Source: Octopus sinensis
Lineage: Eukaryota
DNA: 62,566 nucleotides
Reading direction: 5' to 3'
NCBI RefSeq assembly: GCF_006345805.1
Contig: NW_021834327.1
Coordinates: forward strand, 1-62,566
The position numbers were made by a program, and so were the translations under genes. How positions within the stretch are numbered: position 1 is the first letter of the stretch; each line of letters begins with the position of its first letter. Below are positions 1 through 12,434 of this stretch, one piece after another. Under the pieces are notes generated by a model. The model was given only the letters and a program-made list of their open reading frames with translations, did not search any database and was not told the DNA's origin.

Positions 1-478
1 GGTTGTTGTTTTAGAAAAACGTGGGTAAGTAAAGAGTTTCTTTTTACTATTTAGCTATTTTGTAAGGTTAGGCCTTAAATTTTGCTTTCTAAACCTATGT
101 TTTACAAGTAATAGAATTGTTTTTGCATATTTGTAAAGGTAAATGATAGAAAAATGTGTTGTAAGGGAAGAGTTTCTTGTTTGTGATTATGTGATAACCC
201 TTAAATTTTGCTAACAAAACTTTATGTGGAGCCTGGTTTTTTATGAATTTGAATTATATAAATGTGTGTGTGTGTGTGTGCGTGTGTATGTGTGCGTAGT
301 TGTGTGTGTGTGTGTGTGTGTGTAATTGCCTTAAAATAATTGAGTACCGTTTAACTTTTTTTGAGTAATTGAAAATTATAACCCTAAATCAGTTGTGGTT
401 TACTGGCAGACCTTAAATTTTAGACACTAAACACACACACTCATTTATATATATTATATTATATTATAGTATAGTATA

Positions 479-533
<55 letters not shown>

Positions 534-793
534 ATACATACACATATACATACATACATGCATACATACATTTTACACACACACACACATCACACGCTAA
601 GTAAGCCCTCATTTTAATGGACAAGTAGTGGGAAAGCATATCCATTAAATTGAAGGAAACCCTGTCTAGGGTACATAATTTATTGTTTTTCAGGGGGGGC
701 GTTTCTAATAATTATCGACACATGCTCACGGAATGAAATTATTTATAATGAATAACCTGTACTTTCTTACTAAAAATGTAAAGATATTTTGCC

Positions 794-826
<33 letters not shown>

Positions 827-1442
827 ATATATATATATAACGTGAAAGAAAAATATTGCATGTAAATATTGCGTAAAATTCAACTGAAGCGATTGAGTAA
901 TCAGTATTTTTAATTCCCATTTGTAATTAATTAACTGACAGAACTGATAGAGCTTTTCATATTGAAACTGTTGAGATAAATGAATTGTTTAGTTTCATCC
1001 AGTTAACTGATAAAAATATTTTATTTTATTTTTACCGGACTGAGGAATGCGCAACAAGCTGTAATGTATCGGTTCATCTTAAGTTTTGGCAACCGAGCTT
1101 ATAACACTGCACTGGCAGTGTGGTGCTAATGTATCTAAATTATGTATACAGAAAAAAAAACAAAAAGAGTGCACTGCTTAAGTGTGTCATTAATTAAAGT
1201 AATTAAATTAAAACAAAGTAGGTTTGTAATTAAATTAAAACAGCTGAGTAATCCGTAGCTTTAGTTCTTAGTTCTACTGGTACAACTTAAAATTTGGTTA
1301 TTGAATTTTTAAAGATACATGGGAATTTTGTTCATGCTTTTGAAAAAATGGTAGAAAAATTCGTGTTATAAACTTTTACTAATTAATCGCTTATTAAGTT
1401 GGGGTTTTTTCTATTTGGTTTTAGCTTTTATTTTTGCCCCAG

Positions 1443-1646
1443 AAATTTAGTAAAAGGAATTCAGATGAGGCGAGATCTCTCTGCATCATGTATCAAGGGA
1501 GACAACAAACTGTTTTTGACGTTTTCTGCCTATACAGACAGCGAAAGAGTCGGGGAGAGGAGATCCCGACCGACAAATGGGCCGAAAGACAGGCTGTGCG
1601 TTCTACTTTAAGAGATGATAAAACAATTCACTTAAATTTTAGAATG
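1443..1646 (+). CDS. Candidate internal exon (204 nt, phase 0-0), product not recognised
   Basis: Pyrimidine tract plus AG (ttttatttttgccccAG, 1442), 68 open codons KFSKRNSDEARSLC...HLNFRM, then ATG|GTAGGA (weak donor). No homology recognised. Confidence 0.22.
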
Positions 1647-1816
1647 GTAGGAAGATAGAATGTACATTGTGGAGTGTTTGTAACACTCAGAAAATCTATT
1701 ATTCAGTTTCAATTCCCAGTTCAACCGTTTGCGTCTGCTTCGTACATCCAACAATAACACTCGCGCACTTTCTCTGTTCGTTTACGTGTTGTGTGTTGTG
1801 TGTACCTGTTAATTAC

Positions 1817-2065
1817 CTTTTATCTTTTACTTGTTTCAGTCGTTAGACTCCGATCAGGCTGGGCCACCGCCTTAAATTATTTAGAGTCGAATGAATCGAC
1901 TCCAGTACTTATTATTATTTTTTTTTTTTTATTTTAGCCTCGTACTTATTCTATAAGCCTCTTTTGCCGAACCGCTAAGTTATGAGGAACTTAAGCAAAC
2001 CAACACCGGTTGTCAAGCGGCGGTGGTGGGAGACAAACGCACGGACACATACATATGTATGTATA

Positions 2066-2102
<37 letters not shown>

Positions 2103-2265
2103 GACGGGCTTCTTTCAGTTTCCGTCTACCAAATCTACTCACAAGACTTTGGTCTGCCCGAGGATATAGTAGAAGACACTTGCCCAAGGTGCCACGCAGT
2201 GGGACTGAACCCGGAACCATGTGGTTCGTAAGCAAGCTACTTACCACACAGCCACTCCTACGCCT
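1817..2265 (-). mobile_element. SINE family A (tRNA-like head, CORE-like CCTTGGGCAAGTG block, internal TA/TG microsatellite, GAAACAAGTAAAAG tail)
   Basis: Reverse complement of the consensus seen at 8334 and 12817; A-box TGGCTGTGTGG, B-box GGTTCAGTCC. Confidence 0.9.
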
Positions 2266-2474
2266 GGTAATTCATTGTACGGGATGCAGCATATTACATT
2301 CTCTTTATGTCTACTATATTTTTGTCTGTTGTTATTGTATTTGTTGTTGTTGTATATTGCCTCTAGATTCATTATGATCTGTCTCTGGTATAAACGTAAG
2401 TCAGTCGTATTTACTAACTCAAAGATTTAGTATTTTAGTATCTCTTGATTCGTCAGATCCATACCGCTAAGTTA

Positions 2475-2867
2475 GTGGAGGCGCAATGGCCCAGTGGTTA
2501 GGGCAGCGGACTCGCGGTCGTAGGATCGCGGTTTCGATTCCCAGACCGGGCGTTGTGAGTGTTTATTGAGCGAAAACACCTAAAAAAAAAAGCTCCACGA
2601 GGCTCCGGCAGGGGATGGTGGTGATCCCTGCTGTACTCTTTCACCACAACTTTCTCTCACTCTTACTTCCTGTTTCTGTTGTACCTGTATTTCAAAGGGC
2701 CGGCCTTGTCACTCTCTGTGTCACGCTGAATATCCCCGAGAACTACGTTAAGGGTACACGTGTCTGTGGAGTGCTCAGCCACTTACACGTTAATTTCACG
2801 AGCAGGCTGTTCTGTTGATTCGGATCAACCGGAACCCTCATCGTCGTAACCGACGGAGTGCTTCCAG
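2475..2867 (+). mobile_element. SINE family C (tRNA-derived), full length
   Basis: Head GTGGAGGCGCAATGGCCCAGTGGTTAGG...GGTTTCGATTCCC; 13-bp TSD TACCGCTAAGTTA at 2462-2474 and 2868-2880; near-identical copy at 54966. Confidence 0.92.
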
Positions 2868-2899
2868 TACCGCTAAGTTAATATACAAACTATCCGTAA

Positions 2900-3345
2900 A
2901 GCAGTGAGCTGGAAGAATCGTTAAGATGCTGGGGAAAATGCTTAACCGCAGTTCTTCCGTCTTTACGTTCTGTGTTCAAATTTCGCCGAGATCGACATTG
3001 CCTTTCATCTTTTCTGGGTCGATAAAATAGTTACCAGTTGAGCACTGGGGTTCGATCTAATCAACCCATTCCTCCCCAGAAATTGCTGGCCTTGTGCCAA
3101 AATTTGAAACCAATATTTCTGCCCGCACCAAGGCAGCGAGCTGGCAGAGTCGTTAGTTTGCCAGGCAAAATCTTTAATGGCATTTCGTTCGTCTTTATGT
3201 TCTGAGTTCAAATTCCACAGGGGTCGACTTTGCCTTTCAGCCTTTCGGGATCGATAAAATAAGTACCAATTGAGCACTGGAGTCGAGGTAATTGACTTAC
3301 CACATTCCCCGAAATTGTTGGCCGTGTGCCAAAATTTGAAGCCAA
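2900..3345 (+). mobile_element. Two adjacent degenerate SINE family B copies
   Basis: GAGCTGGCAGA...GTTCAAATT...CTTTGCCTTTCATC...GGGTCGAT...GGCCTTGTGCCAAAATTTGAAAC motifs occur twice. Confidence 0.8.
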
Positions 3346-3994
3346 TATATCGATTATCCGTGATCCACTGATTCATTGATTCAATTGATTTGAACTCAGG
3401 ATGTCAAAGTCCAAAACAAATATTGCAAGGTATCTGCTTTGACATTCTTACTGTTCCGCCAATCCACCGCCCTGATTTTGTACCGTTTTTTTTTTTTCAT
3501 CGGCTCCAGGAGGATAAAAGACATAGTTGACCTCGACAGGACTTGAACTCAGTGTGCAGAGAGTTGAAACAAATATCTCTAAGCATACAATCAGATGCCC
3601 TAAATTACTCTGCCAGTTCGCTGTGAGGTGTTGCTATAGTTTGGGGCCATGGTTATTCGACAATTAGTTTACAGGAGGCAGTCATCTTGGCAACCTGGAA
3701 TATAAACATCATTAACATCCCTGGTATGTGTAGCGCCTGTATTTATACAGATGTATCCTTGTTTGTATGTTCGTTTGTATCCGTGTAGAAATATCTGTCT
3801 CTCATGCATATTATCTTTCCTTCTTTTTCTTTTTTTAATTATTGGAATTCTTCTTAGAATGAAGGGAGCAAATTTCTATTAAAGAAACTAAGCTCCATCG
3901 CTAGAATTTGAATAACAACAACGATATGTGATCCAGAACTTAAAAAAGCGTTATACACACACCCCTATATACACACGCACGTGCGCGCACATAT

Positions 3995-4055
<61 letters not shown>

Positions 4056-4283
4056 GATGCGACGAGCTGGCAGAAACGTTAGCACGCCGGGCGAAATTCG
4101 TAGCCGTATTTCGTCTGTCGTTACGTTCCGAGTTCAAATTCCGCCGAGGTTGACTTTGTCTTTCATCCTTTCGGGGTCGATAAATTAAGTACCAGTTACG
4201 CACTGGGGTCGATGTAATCGACTTAATCCCTTTGTCTGTCCTTGTTTGTTCCCTCTGTGTTTAGCCCCTTGTGGGTAGTAAAG

Positions 4284-4288
<5 letters not shown>
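4056..4288 (+). mobile_element. SINE family B, full length, tail type 1 (...GCCCCTTGTGGGTAGTAAAGAAATA)
   Basis: tRNA-like head GCGAGCTGGCAGAAACGTTAGC, B-box GAGTTCAAATTCC, central CTTTCATCCTTTCGGGGTCGATAAATTAAGTACCAG block (resembles the Meta domain, from memory); embedded in (TA)n. Confidence 0.9.
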
Positions 4289-4346
<58 letters not shown>

Positions 4347-5803
4347 ATATATATAATATATATATATATAGTAAAATCGATGAAAAGTGTACTATCAATT
4401 TGGCACGGGGAGTAGAAAATACAACGTTTCGGACAGGGTTATGGGGAAGGGCTAAATGCTGCAGAGCTTTAAGTTTTAAAACTGATTTATATAAGCTTAA
4501 ACAGTTACTGCTTGTACAATATCCTTCCTTGGTTGTTTCTATCCATCATGCATTTAGATTGAAGGCCTCCTTTTCATGCCAGGCCTTAGATCATATATTC
4601 TTAAAATCTTTTTACAAAGGCATGATTACAAGCTAATTCGTAGTTAATTGTTGGCTTATATAATTTGTGGTTAATGCTGGCTTCTATAACGAAGAAGTTT
4701 TTCAATCAAACATTTTAAGTTCGTGGTTTGAACTTATAAATTCTATCTCGTGTGTTAGCAGTGAAGAATTTCTGTATATTTGAGTCAATTTTGTTTGTTT
4801 TTTTTGTTGTTTTTTTTTTTTGCTTTTTTGTAAGATGAAATTGGTATACTGTAAACTTCAAACAAGTATTGTTAGCCCAATACGTTATCACATATTTTCA
4901 TGTGGTATCCAGTCATAATATCAATAACTTCATTGCGTGAAAGTAAAGATTTTTCCATTATTCTCGTAAAAACTTGCCCTGTTATTTAATGATAGCTAAA
5001 AGAAAAAAAAATACAAAAATTATTTTCGAACTGCGGTTTTAAATTGTTTTTAAGCGGTATATATTCTACAACTTCTGTTAGCTGAGTCTCTTCATAATAT
5101 GAAGAGTTGAGATGATGATGGTAATGAAAGCGATTCGTTTACATTTTTATCGCTTTTGGCTGCTGTTGAATGTTTTCAGAAAGTCGACTAACATCAGAAC
5201 AGTTGGAATAACAAAATGCTATCTATGGAAGTCGTTTTTCGGGCAACGAAAACTGTCTGGTTGTCGAAACTGTTTAGCTGTGAAGAGGTAGTTTCGTTAA
5301 ACTTCATCTCAGTAATTTTATAACTGCTTCATGTTACAGAGAGGAAGATTTTTCAGGAACATTGTCATAGAACAGACCTGGATCTTGATTTATCTGTGAA
5401 GACTTAATTGAAGTGAGAAGAAAACTTACGTCGGCCTAGACGGCTTACAGATTTGAGAGTATTGTTGATGCTGGTATTGTGGTGTTGGTAGTACTATCTG
5501 AGTTGTTGTTGTTACCAATGCCGGTCATGATGGAAAAAAAGGGAAATTTCACTTTTTAAGAAAATTCTTTTTCATAATCCAATCGGACAAACGCTATGTT
5601 ACTGAGTGAGTCTATGTGTGTGAGAGAGAGAGAAGCTGGTACAACTGCACAACAAAAAACTCTATGGTAATAACCCAGGGATATTATCTGCCAAGAAAAT
5701 AAATGGGGAAGCACTAAATACTGTAATTATTCAGTTTACCGCTCTTTTAGTTTGGGGACACTCTGGTATCAGATAGGAGGCGATGGTCTTTTAGTAAATT
5801 TAA

Positions 5804-6015
5804 CCCTTTGACATTTAAACCGGCCATATCCGGACCCAAGAATTTTATCTGTTTTATGTTCACTCCAGCTAGATCTGATCTTTCACGCCTACCCTACAAT
5901 GTCATTCTAAAAATTAAACAATCACATTATCGAACTCGAAGTTACGAGATAACTCATAATTTATTCAAAATAATGTGGATTAACAAGTATTAAATTAGAC
6001 AAACATGTTAAAGAG
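5804..6015. mobile_element. piggyBac-type MITE
   Basis: TTAA at 5800-5803 and 6016-6019; imperfect TIR CCCTTTGACAT / ATGTTAAAGAG; no ORF. Confidence 0.75.
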
Positions 6016-6181
6016 TTAAGATGTTGGCTCGTCAGAATCGTTGGAGCGTCCAAAAAAATCTTCCGTGCTTTTTTTTCTTCCAAGTTTTGATATCCGGCAT
6101 GAGCATCTTTTTTCGAAAAATGGGCCGCATGAGACATGGCTCATCGTCAAGCGGGCCGCACTACTAAAACATTTTAGAGAA

Positions 6182-6516
6182 AGGACCCCCTCTTCTGTCA
6201 TAAATGACTTGGACATTTCACCTAGAAAGTTACACTTCAAGGCACAAGTCCGGGCAAGGTTGTTTTTATGGGAGACCAGCAGTCGCCCATGCATACCAAC
6301 CCCCCATCTCCACGCCACCGATGTTATCCAAGGAAAAACAAAGGCCGATACAGCTTGGCACCACTGACATCGCAACTCACTTATACAGCCGAGTGAACTG
6401 GAGCAAAATTAAGCAAAGTATTTTGCTCAAAAACAACGCACAAGCCGGTCCGGGAATCGATCTCACTACACCATGATTGTGAACTCGACACTAAAACCAC
6501 TGAGCTATGCGCCTTC
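6182..6516 (-). mobile_element. SINE with family D head (tRNA + CORE-like) and body E
   Basis: Reverse complement of the copy at 31379-31708. Confidence 0.85.
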
Positions 6517-7366
6517 AACACATTTTAATAAACGTTTATTCTCCTCGTGAAGTGAGGTGTGCCATTCATAAAGACCCGCGAACCGCAGTTTGCTCATGAC
6601 TGCTTTACATTCCGAGTTCAAATCCCACCGACGTCAATTTTTCCTTTTGACCCTGGAATCGATTTACTCGACTAACCCACCCCCCTGGTCTTTGCTAGAA
6701 GTAGTTAATGAGATACGTTGAAAGGAAAGACGCGGGGTGGGGTGACAGAGGGGGCGATGGAAGAAAACGTAAAGGGAACGAATGTATAATCGGGGTAGAG
6801 GCACTTAGATGGTGGGGAATAAGATAGATCTGATGATATAGAGTTGGGTACTTACGGAGGAGAAGAAAAAGGGCTGGAAAGGGAGAGATTAGACGGGACA
6901 CAGAGTGAGGGAAAGGAACGTTAAGACGAAGGTGCTGGTGAAAATGATTGAGAACAAAGAGTAATAGGATGTGAGTGAGAAAGGAGAAGGGGTTAGTCAA
7001 AGAGAGAGAGAGAAAGAAAGAGAAGCTAGATAACCAGATAAAGTTGGTGGTGAAGGATGGGACCTCGGTTTTTTTTTTTAGAGTAGGCTGAATGATATGA
7101 TGGTGGGGGTGGTGACAGTAACAACAGCTGTCAGTGGCGGGTGGAGGGAAGGAAACAAAGAGAAGAGAAGAGCAGGCAGTTATTAAAGAAAAGCGGGCAA
7201 ACGGGTAGGTAACGAACGAATGAAATAATAGGGGGAGATGTGTTTGTCTAAATATAGAGATTATCTGTAAAGTTAGATCTTCGCTAGATTGCCGGTTGGT
7301 TTAGAGTAGTTTTAAGTAAACACATTGCTTCTAATATTAGACTACCTGTTGGTCATGCCGCAACAT

Positions 7367-7621
<255 letters not shown>

Positions 7622-8171
7622 TGATGCAGTACCAGGCAGTGGCTCTCGTGGCTTCTGATCTTAACTGATTGGAAGTGTTATGTACATTGTTTTGCCTTGG
7701 TATAAAAGATGGGCTACAGCAAATATTCTGCTCAATATTACAGATTTGCTTGTCAGTTGTTTGACCTTAACCAGTTGAGCATGTCCCTTAGTGGCTGACA
7801 ATATGTGCATCTCTGATCACAAGCAGAAGTAGTGGGGGAGCATCATAGCTGTGTGTTGAGAGGGATTCTTTGGGGGTTTGAATACTTCAGCTCTGGAAAC
7901 ATGGGTGGTTCTTTCAACATCCTTAAACAACCCTTATTTTGGGACCTTTTGAGCGGGCTGGTTTACTCAACCTGAAGAAAATTCTAACTGGGCCCCACCT
8001 GTGAGGGTCATGTGCTGTTTATCTTGATATGAGATCACCATGTCGCGCACATATGGTTGTGATGCATGTGCCTGGTGTACCCTTATCAGACGGGTAGTCA
8101 TGATGGGTATACTGGGCTTCGTATATTTTACCCCAGTGTCATTTTGATGGCATGCACTGCTCTCTCACTCA
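7622..8171 (-). mobile_element. Unclassified ~550-bp interspersed element (family H), copy 1
   Basis: Colinear second copy at 43610-44183; no TIRs, no pol III boxes seen; flanked by (GAT)n and (AAT)n. Strand is a guess. Confidence 0.8.
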
Positions 8172-8333
8172 ATAATAATAATAATGATAATAATAATAAT
8201 AATGATTTCTTTTATTAGTCACCGGGACATGACGAGGGGGACATCACAAGGATAGAGAACAATTTGTGCGGGGATTTAAATAAAGGATGGGGAGGAAGAA
8301 ATGGAAGAGACCGTGAAATCCGATAAAATTATA

Positions 8334-8728
8334 CAGGAGTGGCTGTGTGGTAAGTAGCTTGCTAACCAACCACATGGTTCCGGGTTCAGTCCCACTGCGT
8401 GGCATCTTGGGCAAGTGTCTTCTGCTATAGCCCCGGGCCGACCAATGCCTTGTGAGTGGATTTGGTAGACGGAAACTGAAAGAAGCCTGTCGCATATATG
8501 TATATATAAGTGTGTGTGTATATGTTTGTGTGTCTGTGTTTGTCCCCCTAGCATTGCTTGACAACCGATGCTGGTGTGTTTATGTCCCCGTCACTTAGCG
8601 GTTCGGCAAAAGCGACCGATAGAATAAGTACTGGGCTTACAAAGAATAAGTCCCGGGGTCGAGTTGCTCGACTAAAGGCGGTGCTCCAGCATGGCCGCAG
8701 TCAAATGACTGAAACAAGTAAAAGAGAG
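8334..8728 (+). mobile_element. SINE family A, full length
   Basis: Matches the family A consensus end to end. Confidence 0.92.
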
Positions 8729-8769
8729 AAAAATAGTAAAGAGAGTATACAAAGTATGTGATAACATGA

Positions 8770-9306
8770 GTGATGCAGTCCTCTTGACAGAGGAAAAACT
8801 CGAAATAGGGTCAATCAAGGAACCCCACAGATCCAAGAATACCCTGACCACCGAAGGTACGAGCCCTCTCTCCTGCTCTCAAATCTACTGGCGCATACTT
8901 AGAGTCATTCACACTAAACCATTTTTGTCACAGTCACCCATCTTTTCAGAAATCCACTTGGTGGTAGCACTTCCCTCTTCACGCTCATTATCCTGAGAGC
9001 TTGGCCGTAGAGGAAGGTGTCTTTCCGCAACCCTTTCAGCCTTGTTCAAACACACAACCTCTTTCGTCATAGCCACTAGACAGAGGAACAATACCTGCCC
9101 TACCTTGTTAAAGGTGGGTGGTGGGGCGATCATCGCGATGAATTCGGCGAATAGTCGGATTCGACCTACACGCGATAGCAGCTATTCAACATTACTCCAC
9201 GAATCAGCGATACTCGGACACTGCACGAGTGCAAGCAGAACGGTTTTGTCGCTCTGCGCACATCTCGGACAGTCTCGCCGGACAGCGCTTCCGTGCCTGT
9301 AGAAAG
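8770..9306 (-). mobile_element. Tx1/L1-clade LINE 3' remnant (C-terminal zinc-knuckle region), pseudogenised
   Basis: Minus strand reads FYRHGSAVRRDCPRCAQSDKTVL...QCPSIADSW, CLVAMTKEVV, LKGLRKDTFLYGQAL, KRWVTVTKMV; homologous to 57545-58487. Confidence 0.85.
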
Positions 9307-9425
9307 GCCTGAGATTTTGGTGGAGAGGGGGCTAGTCGATTACACCAACCCCAGTAACTGATTGGTACTTATTTCGTGGAGTCCAAAAGAACGAAAGGCA
9401 AGACGTTCGCGCAATTTGAACTTAA
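9303..9425 (-). mobile_element. SINE family B 3' fragment
   Basis: AGGCCTGAGATTTT...GTCGATTAC...CCCCAGT...GGTACTTATTT. Confidence 0.7.
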
Positions 9426-9939
9426 TGTTGGATCTTTTTTAATTTCTTGCAACCACTTAAATTTCAAATTTCCACAAGATCATTTTTAAATTAACGCAGT
9501 TCTGATGTAATTTTGCATACTGAGGACGAAAATCTCATTCAGTTGTTATTGTTTTGTTAGTTTGTTTTCTAGAAATTCATAATTGCAAGCATTTAGAGTT
9601 ATGTAGTTTTAGCCAATTGAAAGCCTCCATTGCCGACATACTTGAAGCCGCAACTGTCTGTTGTCGCTGAAATGAATACGAAGTACAAACAGCGATAAGA
9701 CGAATCCATTATGGGATCTCTCAACCTGCTAGAAATAGCCATCAAATCTTCTGTAAATTACACTATAACGTCTTAAGACAAAAACAATAAAGAGATGGCA
9801 CATTATATAATGTAATTGGGGTGGGGGTACGGAATTGGTGTGTATACCATTGATCACAGATCTGCTTGACAATAAATGGTTTTGAGCATCTATGCGTCAT
9901 AAAATGGTCCTAAATTCAGCAACACTAAATATGTTTATT

Positions 9940-10178
9940 ACATGTAATCGTAAATACACTGTATTAATAGCAAACACGTACTCAACGTGGTGTTTGAGGG
10001 CAGAGTCTGTTATATTAGATATCATATAGGTATGGTATGTGTGTGTTTATGTTTACAGTGGTGTTCGTTATTTATTTACAGACCCTCATTTATAATATTT
10101 AATATTACAAACTCTGCCCTCAAACATGATGAGTGTGTGTTTATTATTAATGCATGCACTGTATTTATGATCGTATAT
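9940..10178. repeat. Degenerate fold-back (~90-bp arms, ~55-nt spacer), MITE-like
   Basis: TGTTTGAGGGCAGAGT (9993) is the exact inverse of ACTCTGCCCTCAAACA (~10110); pairing extends outward with mostly transition mismatches. Confidence 0.75.
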
Positions 10179-10194
10179 AACGGGTTTCAAACTT

Positions 10195-10402
10195 TAACAC
10201 AAGGCTGGCAATTTTAGAGCAGGGGGGTTAATCGATTATATCGACCCCAGTGCTCAACTGGTACTTATTTCAACGACCCCGAGAGGATTAAAAGCAAATT
10301 TGAACTCAGAACGGTGGAATTTGAAACCAGAACTTCCAGTTGGATGAAACACTGTTAGGCATTTTGTCCGGCGTGCTGTAACGATTCTACTTGCTCGTTA
10401 CC
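10195..10402 (-). mobile_element. SINE family B, degenerate
   Basis: AATCGATTATATCGACCCCAGTGCTCAACTGGTACTTATTT...AATTTGAACTCAGAACG. Confidence 0.8.
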
Positions 10403-11291
10403 TTATGATTATAGACAATAAACATATTTAGGACCATACATTGGAATCATATGAAGTTTTTTTTGGGGGGGGGGGGTGTCACTCTAGTTGTAATGAGTAG
10501 AGTGATTGTCCAACGTTAACGCCAGCAAGGGATTTACTTTGACGTACACAAAAAGAGTAAAGACCATTTATGGCTTAGGTTAATTTGTATAAATAAGACG
10601 AAATTTAGCAAAGGGAAATAACTCAAAGTGACCAGTAGCATGAATATGGGAATATAGACAATAAATATATAACAAACACAAAACACGATTAAGTTCTTGA
10701 TTTATTGAAATTACATTCCTTTTGAAAGAACAGTAAACAATAACCTTGAGGCAATTAGGACCAGTAAAAAGAATTTTATTCGTTCAGAACCTTCATTTAG
10801 TGAGTAATACGCCGCTCCCCACTTTCATAATAATAATTACACATCGACTTAAAAACAAACTCCGTTTTTTGTAATTGCTGGAAGTTGGAACAGAAACTAT
10901 CTTAGTGGATACATGAAATTAATTAGGGTGACGTAGTGGGGATTCATAAGTTAACATAAACGGTCATCCAAACTTGTAGATTTTACTGTTATCGCGCCAA
11001 ATATTCAAACTGTTGTCTGTCCTCAACTGAATACCAAATGTGCATTGTCGTTTTATACATTGTGCGTGTGTGTGTGTGTGCGTTATTCTCTCTCTCTTTT
11101 CTCGTTATGTTGTAAATTATTTTATTAGTTAATACTTTTACAAACTCTTTTTGTTGCTGCTTGTTCAATATGATTCTCATGTATCGACTTTTATACGACT
11201 GACATTCATCAAGTAGTCGAACGCCGTTGGCGTGATGGTGGTGATGGCGTCGATGGCGACATCTGTGTATATACTCTCTTTCTCTCTCGCG

Positions 11292-11344
<53 letters not shown>

Positions 11345-11704
11345 GCATGCGTGCACATGCACACACATACACGAGTACACTTAAGTAGATACTTATACGT
11401 GCGGACATATATACACACAAGTACATTTGAAAGTATTTTCTTTTCATTTGGAATTGACTTTTTTTTATTTTCATTTTTATTCCAATTTATTGATGTAGCA
11501 GTGATAAATTTAGCAATGGCTGGTATTGCTGCTTTTATGTAGCCCTAGGTCAGTCCTTATCCAGCAGCAGACTTATGACCTGCAGTTAATCGGTGTGACC
11601 CACAAACAGACACAACAATCCGAATGCATACACTGTTTCTCTGCCTCGTTTTCAATCACAATCTAACAGTCTGACGACATACAACACTTTATTATTGTAC
11701 AGGT

Positions 11705-12027
11705 GAGGGCGCGTGGCTTAGTGGTTAGGGCATTCGGTTCATGATCGTAAGGTTGTGAGTTCGATTCCCGGCGACGCGTTGTGTCCTTGAGCAAGACACT
11801 TTATTTCACGTTGCTCCAGTCCACTCAGCTGGCAAAAATGAGATGTACTTGTATTTCAAAGGGTCAGACTTGTCACTCTCTGTGTCACGCTGATTATCCC
11901 CGAGAACTACGTTAAAGGTACACGTGTCTGTGGAATGCTCAGCCATTTGCACGTTAATTTCACGAGCAAGCTGTTCCGTTGATCGTATCAGCTGGGACCC
12001 TTGTCGTCGTAACCGGCGGAGTCTTTA
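11705..12027 (+). mobile_element. SINE with family D head and family C body
   Basis: Head GGCGCGTGGCTTAGTGGTTAGG...CCTTGAGCAAGACACT; 3' half matches family C; TSD ATTATTGTACAG at 11691-11702 and 12028-12039. Confidence 0.88.
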
Positions 12028-12041
12028 ATTATTGTACAGAA

Positions 12042-12434
12042 AGGCGGCGAGCTGGCAGAAACGTTAGCACACCGGGCGAAATGCTTAGCGGTATTTCGTC
12101 TGCCGTTACGTTCTGAGTTCAAATTCCGCCGAGGTCGACTTTGCCTTTCATCCTTTCGGGGTCGATTAAATAAGTACCAGTTACTCACTGGGGTCGATAT
12201 AATCGACTTAATTCGTTTGTCCTTGTTTGTCCCCTCTGTGTTTAGCCCCTTGTGGGTAGTAAAGAAATAGGTATTTCGTCTGCCCTTACGTTCTGAGTTC
12301 AAATTCCGCCGAGGTCCACTTTGCCTTTCATCCTTTCGGGGTCGATTAAGTAAGTACCAGTTACGCACTGGGGTCGATATAATCGGCTGGCCCCCTCCTC
12401 CAAAATTTCGGGACTTGTGCCTAAAGTAGAAAAG
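12042..12434 (+). mobile_element. SINE family B dimer (full unit with tail 1, then 5'-truncated unit with tail 2)
   Basis: 14-bp TSD ATTATTGTACAGAA at 12028-12041 and 12435-12448 encloses both units. Confidence 0.88.

Noticed and set aside
1-450. C-poor, noisy stretch with recurring CCTTAAATTTTG
   Set aside because: No family or structure could be assigned; may be decayed repeat or low-quality consensus.
900-1260. Cluster of TAAT/ATTA homeodomain-like sites suggesting an enhancer
   Set aside because: Expected by chance in very AT-rich DNA; no conservation evidence is available.
2475-2560. SINE heads as tRNA genes (also 11705, 31379, 54966, 59807)
   Set aside because: A and B boxes are present but there is no complete acceptor stem or T-run terminator, and each continues into a SINE body with TSDs.
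5100-5530. Short minus-strand frames (MTGIGNNNNSD..., MKFNETTSSQ...) resembling receptor N-termini
   Set aside because: They are under 40 codons, with stops in all frames and no splice pattern.
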